Both the position numbers and the translations under genes were made by a program. Of a stretch of 64,000 bases of DNA, positions 18,422-27,430 are shown one piece after another. Every line of letters begins with the position of its first letter. The first letter of the stretch is position 1. The notes beneath the pieces were generated by a model. That model saw nothing but the letters and a program-made list of their open reading frames with translations. It was not told the origin of the DNA and ran no database searches. This stretch comes from an uncultured Dehalococcoidia bacterium (lineage in GTDB: Bacteria > Chloroflexota > Dehalococcoidia > Lucifugimonadales > CATQGZ01), in the NCBI GenBank assembly GCA_964570875.1, contig CAZMZE010000012.1, positions 73,948-137,947 of the forward strand. Reading direction: 5' to 3'.

Positions 18422-18426
18422 CGTTT

Positions 18427-19179
18427 TTATATAGCCATGCCGCCGTCGACACTTATGACTTGCCCTGTTAGATAACTAGACTGGGTGCTAGCTATGTGAC
18501 CTACCATATGAGAAATATCCTCGACTTCTCCGAAATGACCCATCGGTATCCAGGTCATGATCGTATCTTTTACGTTCTGAGCCAATACGTCTACAGTATC
18601 AGTGTTTATGTAACCTGGAGTCACGGCATTGACAGTGATGTTGCGAGATGCCACTTCCTTCGCTAAAGATTTGGTGAAGCCTATAATGCCTGCTTTAGAA
18701 GCGGAGTAGTTGGATTGGCCTATATTGCCACGAATTCCTACCACTGATCCGATATTAATTATCCTGCCCCATCTGTTTTTCATCATTCCTCTTAATGCTG
18801 CCCGAGTGCAGTAAAAGGTTCCATTGAGATTGGTTTCGATAACTCTGTTCCATGCATCGTCACCCATACGTACTAACAGTCCATCATCAATAATTCCTGC
18901 ATTATTAACTAATATATCGATACTTCCAAAATGATTGGTAACATTGTCTACCATTGCAGATACTTGCTCCAATTTACTTACGTCTGCATGTACCACCAGG
19001 CCTTGCCCGTGTTTGGATTCAATAGTTTCTAATACTTCGTGAGCCGATTCAGCAGATGTATTGTAATTAATGGCTATTTTTGAACCCATTTCAGCCAGTC
19101 TTAGTGCAACTGATCTCCCAATGCCTTTGGATGCTCCAGTGACTAGTGAGACCTTGCCTTCTAGATCAAAATTACTCAA
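18427..19179 (-). CDS. fabG: 3-oxoacyl-ACP reductase
   Basis: TGASKGIG, NNAG and YSASKAG (YxxxK). The ORF track start (19239) overlaps plsX by 59 nt. A TTG at 19179 lies 5 nt after GGGAG and 1 nt after the plsX stop, and gives a typical 250-aa FabG. Confidence 0.8.
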   Translation of the reverse strand: MSNFDLEGKVSLVTGASKGIGRSVALRLAEMGSKIAINYNTSAESAHEVLETIESKHGQGLVVHADVSKLEQVSAMVDNVTNHFGSIDILVNNAGIIDDGLLVRMGDDAWNRVIETNLNGTFYCTRAALRGMMKNRWGRIINIGSVVGIRGNIGQSNYSASKAGIIGFTKSLAKEVASRNITVNAVTPGYINTDTVDVLAQNVKDTIMTWIPMGHFGEVEDISHMVGHIASTQSSYLTGQVISVDGGMAI

Positions 19180-19180
19180 A

Positions 19181-20227
19181 TTAACTCCCTGATTTAACAC
19201 TAGAGGTAAGCATTTTGCTGATGCTGCCCAATTCTTCATTGATTTTTTCTACCAACTTCGTCTCAACTGCTGATTTTGCTATATGAACAGCCTGTTTCAA
19301 AGAGCTTGCTTTTGCCCTGCCATGTCCTACGACGCTGACGCCGTTTACTCCAAAAATAGGACCTCCCCCAGACGATTCTGCAGGATTACTGAGATCGTAA
19401 ATTTCCTTAGCGATACGCTCTATTTCATTCTTGTAGGTTTCAGGTAATTGATCTGACAATATGGAGCGTATCTTGCTAGAGAATGCACTCCCGATACCTT
19501 CAGATAATTTCATCACAACATTTCCAACGAAACCATCGCATATAACCACGTCAGCCTTGTCGTGCAAGATGTCGTTGGCTTCTACATTACCTATGAATCT
19601 TAAGTGGGTATTATCAAGTAATGATGTTGTTTCCTTGACTTGTCTATTCCCCTTCCCGGACTCTGCTCCCACGCTTAAGAGGCCAATGCGAGGTTGATCA
19701 ATTTTAAGAACCTGTCTAGCGAAAACCTCACCGATTACAGCAAAGCTAACAAGCTGGGACGGCTTACAATCTACATTAGAGCCAACATCAAGAACTATTG
19801 TGTTAGGAGCTAATCCTACTACTGGTCCCCCAATAGCGGGTCTATCTATACCTTCGATGACTCCCAAAAGAACCGCAGCTGAGGCCATGGCTGCACCTGT
19901 GGAACCCATACTGACACAGCCGTCGGCCATTCCTTGTTTAACCATACCTGTCGCGATCATTATCGAAGACTTTGGTTTTTGGCGAAGTGCGAGGGCTGGC
20001 TGCTCATCTTCAGAAATCACCCCATCTGAAGGAATTATCTGAACAGGGAGATCTTTGGAATCGTGTTTGGATAATTCTGATTTAACCTGTTCGTAGTCTC
20101 CAACAAGGCTTAAATAGATATTACCTTCTTTCGCGGCCATAACCGCTCCTGCAACGATTTCAGCCGGAGCATAATCTCCTCCCATGGCGTCTATAGCAAT
20201 ATGCGTAACTTTTTTTTCAGTGACCAC
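19181..20227 (-). CDS. plsX: phosphate acyltransferase PlsX
   Basis: 348 aa. IAIDAMGGDYAP start and VICDGFVGNVVMK motif. GTG start 5 nt after AGGAGAG. Confidence 0.9.
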   Translation of the reverse strand: MVTEKKVTHIAIDAMGGDYAPAEIVAGAVMAAKEGNIYLSLVGDYEQVKSELSKHDSKDLPVQIIPSDGVISEDEQPALALRQKPKSSIMIATGMVKQGMADGCVSMGSTGAAMASAAVLLGVIEGIDRPAIGGPVVGLAPNTIVLDVGSNVDCKPSQLVSFAVIGEVFARQVLKIDQPRIGLLSVGAESGKGNRQVKETTSLLDNTHLRFIGNVEANDILHDKADVVICDGFVGNVVMKLSEGIGSAFSSKIRSILSDQLPETYKNEIERIAKEIYDLSNPAESSGGGPIFGVNGVSVVGHGRAKASSLKQAVHIAKSAVETKLVEKINEELGSISKMLTSSVKSGS

Positions 20228-20245
20228 TAGAACTCTCCTGTGGTT

Positions 20246-20650
20246 TTAACTAGTGATAATAGTTTTCGTTCTTCCGGAAATAGCAATCTCTCCGTTTTGC
20301 CTGGAAACATTTACCGAGCAAGTAACTTCCTCATAATCTCCGATAACCTCTATTGCATCAACTATAGCGCAAACCTTTATTTTGTCATTTGGTCTGACCG
20401 GAGCTCGGAATCTTATTTTCATAGATCCTCCGTTGGACCAGTTCGAGCCAAAGGCAGTGAACATAAGTTCTGATATATATGCGGCTATTAACATTCCATG
20501 TGCTATGGTGCCGCCGAATTGAGTGGTCTCTGCAAATGCTTGATTTATATGTATCGGATTGAAATCTCCCGTTGCTTTAGCGTATTCATCGATTTTATCT
20601 TGGGATACAATTTTTTCTATGGTTGCCAGCGCCTCTCCTTGTTTGATCAT
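20246..20650 (-). CDS. MaoC-like (R)-specific hydratase/dehydratase, catalytic hot-dog subunit (HadB-like)
   Basis: 134 aa. Carries the hydratase-2 motif YAKATGDFNPIHINQAFA (D-x-N-P-x-H). Confidence 0.75.
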   Translation of the reverse strand: MIKQGEALATIEKIVSQDKIDEYAKATGDFNPIHINQAFAETTQFGGTIAHGMLIAAYISELMFTAFGSNWSNGGSMKIRFRAPVRPNDKIKVCAIVDAIEVIGDYEEVTCSVNVSRQNGEIAISGRTKTIITS

Positions 20651-21084
20651 TCTGGTATCATTATAGTACTTCGTGCTTCCATGACCTCTTTCCCTTCTCC
20701 GTCTGTGACCATAATCCCAATAACCAAGAACCTTTGATTGCCCCTGAGTGAATTTTGGATTACTTCGGCTTGGCTCAGAAGGGTTTGTGGAGTATTGATG
20801 GAATTTTTGAATGTTATTTCCTGACCAACATGTAGAGTGCCACCTGGGATTTCTAAGTCTTGTATGACGCCCTTGAGGCTAAGTGCGGCTATTGCCATAG
20901 GGGGGACATTAGTCACTCCGCTAGACTGATCCTCCACTGCTTCAATGTACGAGTTGACAGTAGAATCATCCAAAACGTGTTGCCTATTTGATATTATTTG
21001 CTTAGATTCTAATTGGGAATAATTGATTGGCATTTGGGTATTTACACCGCCCTGCATTATAGATCGAACCAGATATAAAAACAA
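20647..21084 (-). CDS. MaoC-N-terminal-like hot-dog protein lacking the hydratase motif (HadA-like partner)
   Basis: 145 aa. 4-nt ATGA overlap with the downstream catalytic hot-dog gene. At the equivalent position (YIEAVEDQSSGV...) there is no D-x-N-P-x-H motif. Confidence 0.55.
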   Translation of the reverse strand: MFLYLVRSIMQGGVNTQMPINYSQLESKQIISNRQHVLDDSTVNSYIEAVEDQSSGVTNVPPMAIAALSLKGVIQDLEIPGGTLHVGQEITFKNSINTPQTLLSQAEVIQNSLRGNQRFLVIGIMVTDGEGKEVMEARSTIMIPE

Positions 21085-21213
21085 TTGGAAAAAGTCAGGA
21101 CCAAACTAGGAATATGTGAAATCATTCGTGCTCGAAGCCTTTTACAGAATCCAATTGCATTGATATATTTTAGCGGTAAATTTATCTAAGGAAAAAAAAT
21201 AGGAAGGTGGATA

Positions 21214-22773
21214 GTGTCACGAATTACAGGCGGTCAAGTTTTAGCTAGAGCCCTGGCCCTGGAAGGTATTGAGGTGGTGTTTGGGGTGCCTGGTGCTGGT
21301 CAGTATGAAGCGGTAGATGGATTGTATTTGGAGCCTAATATTAGATACATAGGTACCAGACATGAACAAGCAACTTCATATATGGCTGATGGATATGCAC
21401 GGGTATCTGGAAAGCCCGCAGCGATTCTGGTTCTGCCTGGTCCAGGCATGTACAACTCTATGGCAGGGATCACTGGCGCTTATAACCAAGGGTCGCCCAT
21501 GGTGGTAATTTCTGGAGATGGACATAATGATCGACATGTTGAAGATGAAATAGGATTTGTGAAGGGTATAACAAAGTGGGCCGCGAAAGTGGATGAGGCA
21601 TCTGATATACCAGATGCTGTTCATGAGGCTTTCAGTGAAATTCGATCTGGTCGGTCTGGACCAGTTTATCTTCAAGTGCCGCACCGGGTTTTAGCTGGCA
21701 CTACAGATATTGAATTAAGAGAACCTTCTCCAGCCATTAAAACTCGCCCAAGTAAAGAAATCATTAATCGAATATCAGGTGTAGTTACTAAATGTGAGAA
21801 GCCAGTCATAATAGTCGGACAGCGCTTGGGTTCAGAGTCGTCAGATTCATTAACGCGCTTGGCTGAGAAATTGCAAGCACCTGTATTAACTTCGCCGGAG
21901 GCCAAGGGAGTGATTTCTGACCATCACCCACTGTCGATGGGTATGTTAAACATGGGATATGCTCCGCTTGCTGAATGGATGCGAGAAAGAGATCTTTTTT
22001 TCATTATTGGGGATGTAAAAGCCAACGCAGATTTGTTGAAGGACAAACGTGTTATCACACTGGATACTGTTCCAAATGAGATACCAGTCGATAATATCAA
22101 ACCAATAGAGGTTGTAGGAGATCACCTGACTAATCTGGATGAATTAAACATTGCTCTTGACCAAAGAACAACTTTTGAGAATACTGCGATTTTGGACTCG
22201 ATTAAGGAAGGTAGATATGGGCCAAGCGAGCAGCTTGAGCCTCAGGCTTCGTTCATCAAATCTATTAGGCAAGCTATGCCTTCCAATGGAATATTGGTCC
22301 AAGGCATGACTCAAATGGGATATTACAGCCGTAACTATTATCCTGTTTTTGAACCCAATACGTATTTAACAGCTTCGCACGCGACTTTGGGTCACACACT
22401 CCCAATTGCCCTGGGGGCTAAAATTGCCAAACCGAATGACCCTGTATTGGCCCTGTCTGGCGATGGTGGGCTTCTCTACAATTCCCAAGAGATTGCCACA
22501 GCGGTTCAACATGGAATAAATGTGATTATTGTTGTGTTTAATGACAATGCCTACGGGAATGTACTTAGGGCACAAAAGGAAGAATTTGAAGGTCACATTA
22601 TTGGAACTAAATTACACAATCCAGATTTTGTGAAACTAGGCGAATCATATGGCGTAGCCAGTGTTCGAGTTCAAGAAGCAGACGAGCTTGAAGCTGCTTT
22701 GAATAAAGCAATAGGAGCCGATGCGGTAAGCTTGATAGAGGTACCTGTGGGTGAAATGGAGCGCCGTTATTAG
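21214..22773 (+). CDS. thiamine-diphosphate-dependent enzyme, acetolactate-synthase-like
   Basis: 519 aa. N-terminal VFGVPG...TRHEQ motif. TPP-binding GDGGLLYNSQEIATA...NDNAYG. GTG start after AGGAAGGTGG. Confidence 0.85.
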   Translation: MSRITGGQVLARALALEGIEVVFGVPGAGQYEAVDGLYLEPNIRYIGTRHEQATSYMADGYARVSGKPAAILVLPGPGMYNSMAGITGAYNQGSPMVVISGDGHNDRHVEDEIGFVKGITKWAAKVDEASDIPDAVHEAFSEIRSGRSGPVYLQVPHRVLAGTTDIELREPSPAIKTRPSKEIINRISGVVTKCEKPVIIVGQRLGSESSDSLTRLAEKLQAPVLTSPEAKGVISDHHPLSMGMLNMGYAPLAEWMRERDLFFIIGDVKANADLLKDKRVITLDTVPNEIPVDNIKPIEVVGDHLTNLDELNIALDQRTTFENTAILDSIKEGRYGPSEQLEPQASFIKSIRQAMPSNGILVQGMTQMGYYSRNYYPVFEPNTYLTASHATLGHTLPIALGAKIAKPNDPVLALSGDGGLLYNSQEIATAVQHGINVIIVVFNDNAYGNVLRAQKEEFEGHIIGTKLHNPDFVKLGESYGVASVRVQEADELEAALNKAIGADAVSLIEVPVGEMERRY

Positions 22774-22880
22774 CTTCATTAGAACCGATGATACTTATTA
22801 AGGCATATTTTATACCAAATGAATTTTCACTACAGATAAATTTCGAAGGACCAAATCTACTTAATGTCTGAGGAGTCAGT

Positions 22881-23531
22881 ATGAGGGTAATAATTATTGG
22901 TTGCGAGTACTCAGGTACAACCACTTTGGGTTACAACATCAGCAGATGGGGTACGAAAACCATGGGCGAAGGATTTGGGCTAGTGCATGACCATTGGAAG
23001 ATTCCCAATGTGATAAACCATCCATCGGATATGACCGAAAAAGAGCAACAAGACTACTTATCACTTAGTACCAGAGTGAAGGAAGCAGCTCAGCGACATA
23101 ATCTTTACTATCATACTCCGTCTGGTCGTGACACTGATGGAATTGTGGTGGGGTACTATTTTGAAGATACAATTTATGGAGATTTGTATTATGGCTATGG
23201 TGGAGATGGTCAGCCTGGAGATAGGAAGGTACATTCAAAAAAAATTGAAGAACTAAATATAGAGTTTGCACCTGAAACAATATTGGTATTAACCAAATCC
23301 AGAGGCGAAATAATCAGGACTCGCATGGCCAAGGCACCGCACGATAAACAAGTTATAAAAAGCCAAGATATAGATCTTGTATTAAATAGATTTGAAAATG
23401 CGTATCTTGCTTCGAGCATAAAACAAAAAATCACCATCGATAACAGCGAGTTGTCAGCCGATGAATCTTTGGAAGAATTTGTACGGCAAGTAGAGCCTTA
23501 CCTTACGCAAAAGGATCGTTCAAGAATGTAG
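22881..23531 (+). CDS. P-loop-NTPase-like protein with non-canonical Walker A
   Basis: 216 aa. Begins MRVIIIGCEYSGTTTL, i.e. GxxxxG-T-T where GxxxxGK[ST] is expected. Strong RBS (GAGGAG, 5 nt). No other motif recognised. Confidence 0.4.
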   Translation: MRVIIIGCEYSGTTTLGYNISRWGTKTMGEGFGLVHDHWKIPNVINHPSDMTEKEQQDYLSLSTRVKEAAQRHNLYYHTPSGRDTDGIVVGYYFEDTIYGDLYYGYGGDGQPGDRKVHSKKIEELNIEFAPETILVLTKSRGEIIRTRMAKAPHDKQVIKSQDIDLVLNRFENAYLASSIKQKITIDNSELSADESLEEFVRQVEPYLTQKDRSRM

Positions 23532-23544
23532 GCCAGAGTTTCAC

Positions 23545-24276
23545 CTATTGGCCGAAGGTGAATTTCCTAAATGATTCTGCATATTTGATGCCTTTGCCTT
23601 TTGCTTTCTCGCTGCGCATGTCGAGCATTCTCTTGCGGATTTCATCTTCTGGCCTGCCTCCAAGTTGGCTTGTGTGTTGGAGCAGCGCTCTGATGGAAGT
23701 GTCCATATGATCGGTTACATCAACAAAATGGTCTGGTTCAGGATGCCCCATTATCCAAGCTTCGGAAACTTTATGTGGTTCTAGGCCATCCGCCAGTAAT
23801 TCAGGGTATGTCAGATGATCTCTGGCAGTTGGAAAAATAGCAGATAGGGTTGCTTCTCCAGCTGCAATATGATCTGGATGACCTACACCCCAGCCTTTTC
23901 CGTCTAAGCTACGAGCGGGATATGTTGTGATGACAATATCGGGTTTGTATTTGCGTATCTGTCGGGTGATGTCTTTGCGAAGTTGGAGAGTAGGTTCCAG
24001 CATGCTATCCTCATGGCCCAAAAAAACTACATCTTTTAGGCCAAGTACTTTGCCGGCGGCTATTTGTTCATTTTTTCTCATAGCGGACAATTGTTTCTGG
24101 GTTAAATGTCGATCGGAGCTGCCTTTACTGCCGTCAGTACAAATTACGTACACTAGTTCCAACTCATTGCTGCAAAGTTTAGCTACGGTGCCGGAGCATC
24201 CATATTCTGCATCGTCAGCATGGGCCACCACAACCATGGCGCTAGAAAAATTTTCCACATTGGATTCGTTGGTCAT
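23545..24276 (-). CDS. PIG-L/LmbE-family N-acetylglucosaminyl deacetylase
   Basis: VVVAHADDAEYGCSGT and HPDH zinc motifs. The ORF track starts at 24330. The ATG at 24276 sits 7 nt after GGAG and gives the usual N-terminus. Confidence 0.8.
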   Translation of the reverse strand: MTNESNVENFSSAMVVVAHADDAEYGCSGTVAKLCSNELELVYVICTDGSKGSSDRHLTQKQLSAMRKNEQIAAGKVLGLKDVVFLGHEDSMLEPTLQLRKDITRQIRKYKPDIVITTYPARSLDGKGWGVGHPDHIAAGEATLSAIFPTARDHLTYPELLADGLEPHKVSEAWIMGHPEPDHFVDVTDHMDTSIRALLQHTSQLGGRPEDEIRKRMLDMRSEKAKGKGIKYAESFRKFTFGQ

Positions 24277-24362
24277 CCAAAATCTCCTATAGTAACAATA
24301 ATTAAATAGTGTATAGAATGGTTCAGCCAAAGTTCTAGGTGATTCAAGGTAGTTACCATAGA

Positions 24363-25835
24363 TCAGTATGCAAGAGTCTCACTTGCAGAATGGATCACGC
24401 TCACCAAGGGGTCTGGGTAAACTCCTAACAGGATCATTCCTGCAAACAGTAATGAAAGTGTGAGTATAGTTGTTTTAGAGATACGGACGATACCAGTTTC
24501 AGCCGCTGGTTCAATGTAAAGTTGTCGTATTACCATCAGATAGTAATATAGCGATATGACACTGGCTAGGATTGCTATCCCAACAAACCACAAGAATCCT
24601 TGTACTGCGACTGCATTGAATAGATAAAATTTGCTAATAAAGCCCACGAAAATTGGGAGGCCTGCCAGGGAAAAAAGAGATGATGTGAATATTATTGCTA
24701 CAGCAGGTGATTTCTTTGAGAAACCTGCCATTGAGGATATGTCTTCATTTCTAGTTGTATTCAATATTGCGGTGGCTGACAGGAATGCTCCCATATTTGA
24801 TATTGAGTAAGCCACAATGTGAAAAATTATCCCTGTGGAGACAAGCGCAAGAAATTCAGTTGAAATGCTTCGATCAAACTGGTGGGTAGCTAAAACAGAA
24901 ATTCCCATCAAAAGATATCCAGAATGTGCAATCCCAGAGTATGCGAGCAGCCGTTTTATGTTTTGTTGGACCAAGGCGCCCAAATTACCAATGACTATTG
25001 TTAATACCGACAAAACTATCATTATGATTTGCCAGCTAGCTATAACTGGAATGAACGCTTCGCTAAATAACCTTAAAATCAAAGCAAATGCAGCTGATTT
25101 GGAACCGACTGCTATGTATGCCGCAACTGGAATAGGTGCTCCCTCATATGTGTCTGGAGCCCACATGTGGAAAGGCACCGCTGCCACTTTGAAGCCCAGT
25201 CCTGCTACTAGCATTAGCATGCCAACCATAACTCCAGGAGAGATATCGGACATCGAAATCATAGCGTTGTTGATTTCATCATAACGAGTTGTGCCTAGAA
25301 GTCCGTATATTTGGCTAATTCCATATAGCAGAAATGCTGATGAGAGTGCGCCTAGAAGAATATATTTAGTGCCAGCTTCATTAGATTTGAGATTAAATCT
25401 TTCATATGCTACCAATACGTATAATCCGAAACTCAATAATTCGAGAGATATGTATGATGTGAGCAATTCCCTTGATGACACCATCAGCATCATGGCTACC
25501 AACGTGAAGAGCAATATCCCGTAGTATTCTCCGCGGTATTCTAAGTGGGTTTTAACATAGTCTACGGAAGCTAGGATAATAATTACTACTAAGATTATAA
25601 AAAAAGACTTGAAAAAGACTGAGAATTTATCTACTACCAGCAACCCGTCATAGATACTTCCCTCAGTGTTCCAAATTCCAACTACGGAGTAGGTTAGAAT
25701 TGCCAATAACGATGTTATTGTAAGCAAAGGGATCAAGTTTTTCCCAGCAGGTCGATAAAAAATATCTATAGAGATAATCAAAAATGACAGACTAGCTATC
25801 AGAAGCTCAGGCAAGAATAGTATTAGATCATTCAT
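24363..25835 (-). CDS. nuoN: NADH-quinone oxidoreductase subunit N
   Basis: 490-aa, ~14-TM antiporter-like subunit. Last gene of the nuo cluster, with an ATGA overlap with nuoM. Confidence 0.9.
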   Translation of the reverse strand: MNDLILFLPELLIASLSFLIISIDIFYRPAGKNLIPLLTITSLLAILTYSVVGIWNTEGSIYDGLLVVDKFSVFFKSFFIILVVIIILASVDYVKTHLEYRGEYYGILLFTLVAMMLMVSSRELLTSYISLELLSFGLYVLVAYERFNLKSNEAGTKYILLGALSSAFLLYGISQIYGLLGTTRYDEINNAMISMSDISPGVMVGMLMLVAGLGFKVAAVPFHMWAPDTYEGAPIPVAAYIAVGSKSAAFALILRLFSEAFIPVIASWQIIMIVLSVLTIVIGNLGALVQQNIKRLLAYSGIAHSGYLLMGISVLATHQFDRSISTEFLALVSTGIIFHIVAYSISNMGAFLSATAILNTTRNEDISSMAGFSKKSPAVAIIFTSSLFSLAGLPIFVGFISKFYLFNAVAVQGFLWFVGIAILASVISLYYYLMVIRQLYIEPAAETGIVRISKTTILTLSLLFAGMILLGVYPDPLVSVIHSASETLAY

Positions 25836-27364
25836 CTGGCACCTTGGACATGCATGAGAAGTTGGTCAACACTGTCACCGATCACTTCTATAAACGGGAA
25901 AGGAAACAAACCTACCAGTAGGATGAAGCCTGCCAGAACTGACATGGATAAAACTTCTGTTCTTGTTGCATCAGTGTAAATTGTGGATTGTTCTCCGACA
26001 GGACCAAAAAAGGTACTGGACAAAAGTCTAAGAATGTACACAGCTGTGATTCCCGCACCAATAACTCCTAGTGCTCCCAGTATTGGATATGTTGCGAATA
26101 ACCCGAGGAATACAAGCAGTTCCGCCACAAATCCGCTCAGGCCAGGCAATCCTATAGAAGCTAGTGCTGCTATGGTAAATATAGAAACAGTTATGCCCAT
26201 ACGGCCAGCAAGACCTCTGAGGACTTGTATATCTCGTGTATGGGTACGGTTGTATATTACTCCCACAGCTGCGAAAAAGGCAGCTGTCATTATGCCGTGA
26301 GAGAACATCTGTAATATGGCACCTGTGACGCCTAATGAATGGAGCGTTGCTATACCCATTAATACGTATCCCATGTGACTCACACTCGAATAGCCAATGA
26401 TGTATTTCAGATCACTTTGGGCCATTGCAGACAGTGCTCCGTAGATTACGTTAACTGTCCCAAGCCCGATTAGAACGGGCATCCAGAATTCTGCACCTTC
26501 AGGCAAAATAGTCATCCCAATACGCAGTATGCCGAAAGCCCCGAGCTTCATGAGAACCCCAGCATGCACCATCGAAACAGCGGTTGGAGCTGCCACATGT
26601 CCGTCCGGAGACCAAGTATGGAATGGCCATAATCCCGCAAGTACTCCAAAACCTATCATGAGTAATGGGAAGAAGATTTTTTGGAAATCTTCTGACAAAG
26701 AAATTTTGGAAAGTTCTACAATGTTGAAAGTACCGAGGCCGCTCTCTACGAAAATAGCTAGTATGCTAACCCAAATCAATATACTGGCAGCAACCAAATA
26801 TAAAACCAGCTTCATAGCGCTGTATTCTTTTGTTCGGTTAAATGACTTGAAAGAACTGCTACTACCCCAGACTCCTATAAGTAGATACATTGGCAATACA
26901 GCGAGTTCGTAAAAGAAAAAGAAGAAAAACATATCCATCGAAACGAATACACCGAATACCCCAGCAATCAACATAAAATATAAAATGAAAAAATCTTTGC
27001 CGTGATCGTGAAGGCCAACTGATATTAAAACTCCAGTGAACATCACTATTCCAGTCAACAAAATCATTGGTGCAGAAATCCCGTCTATACCAAGGAAGAG
27101 TGATATGCCACTTGCTGACAGTGGACCAGTTCCCGGAAGTTCCATCCAATGCCAATTTTGGCTGAATTGGAGTCCTGCGTCATCGCTTCCTACAAAATAG
27201 TAACGTACAAATACATAAACAGACAAAAACAAAGAAACGGTTGCTGATAATATGGACAATCGCCTGATTGCATCAATGTATCGACTTGGAATGGCTATAA
27301 ACAGCGCAGCAACCAATAATGGAAGTGCGATAAGTATTGCTAAGGCGTATTTATCTAGCATCAA
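25832..27364 (-). CDS. nuoM: NADH-quinone oxidoreductase subunit M
   Basis: 510-aa antiporter-like subunit with WPFHTWSPDGHVAAPTAVSMVHAGVLMKLG. The true start may be the ATG at 27361, one codon in. Confidence 0.9.
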   Translation of the reverse strand: MMLDKYALAILIALPLLVAALFIAIPSRYIDAIRRLSILSATVSLFLSVYVFVRYYFVGSDDAGLQFSQNWHWMELPGTGPLSASGISLFLGIDGISAPMILLTGIVMFTGVLISVGLHDHGKDFFILYFMLIAGVFGVFVSMDMFFFFFFYELAVLPMYLLIGVWGSSSSFKSFNRTKEYSAMKLVLYLVAASILIWVSILAIFVESGLGTFNIVELSKISLSEDFQKIFFPLLMIGFGVLAGLWPFHTWSPDGHVAAPTAVSMVHAGVLMKLGAFGILRIGMTILPEGAEFWMPVLIGLGTVNVIYGALSAMAQSDLKYIIGYSSVSHMGYVLMGIATLHSLGVTGAILQMFSHGIMTAAFFAAVGVIYNRTHTRDIQVLRGLAGRMGITVSIFTIAALASIGLPGLSGFVAELLVFLGLFATYPILGALGVIGAGITAVYILRLLSSTFFGPVGEQSTIYTDATRTEVLSMSVLAGFILLVGLFPFPFIEVIGDSVDQLLMHVQGAR

Positions 27365-27430
27365 TCTTTCCTAGAGAGACGTCCATTTTTTGATGGGAAA
27401 AGCTCGAAATATTCAAGCTAAGGAAATTCT

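Noticed and set aside
19180-19239. N-terminal 20-codon extension of fabG that overlaps plsX by 59 nt (ORF-track start at 19239).
   Set aside because: The extension (MKNWAASAKCLPLVLNQGVN) precedes the Rossmann start and has no RBS. A TTG at 19179 with GGGAG 5 nt upstream gives a canonical FabG length. Similar track N-terminal extensions were trimmed for the dipeptidase (10523 -> 10565), the sigma factor (45213 -> 45258), the epimerase (55001 -> 55022), PIG-L (24330 -> 24276) and aminotransferase B (10068 -> 10062).
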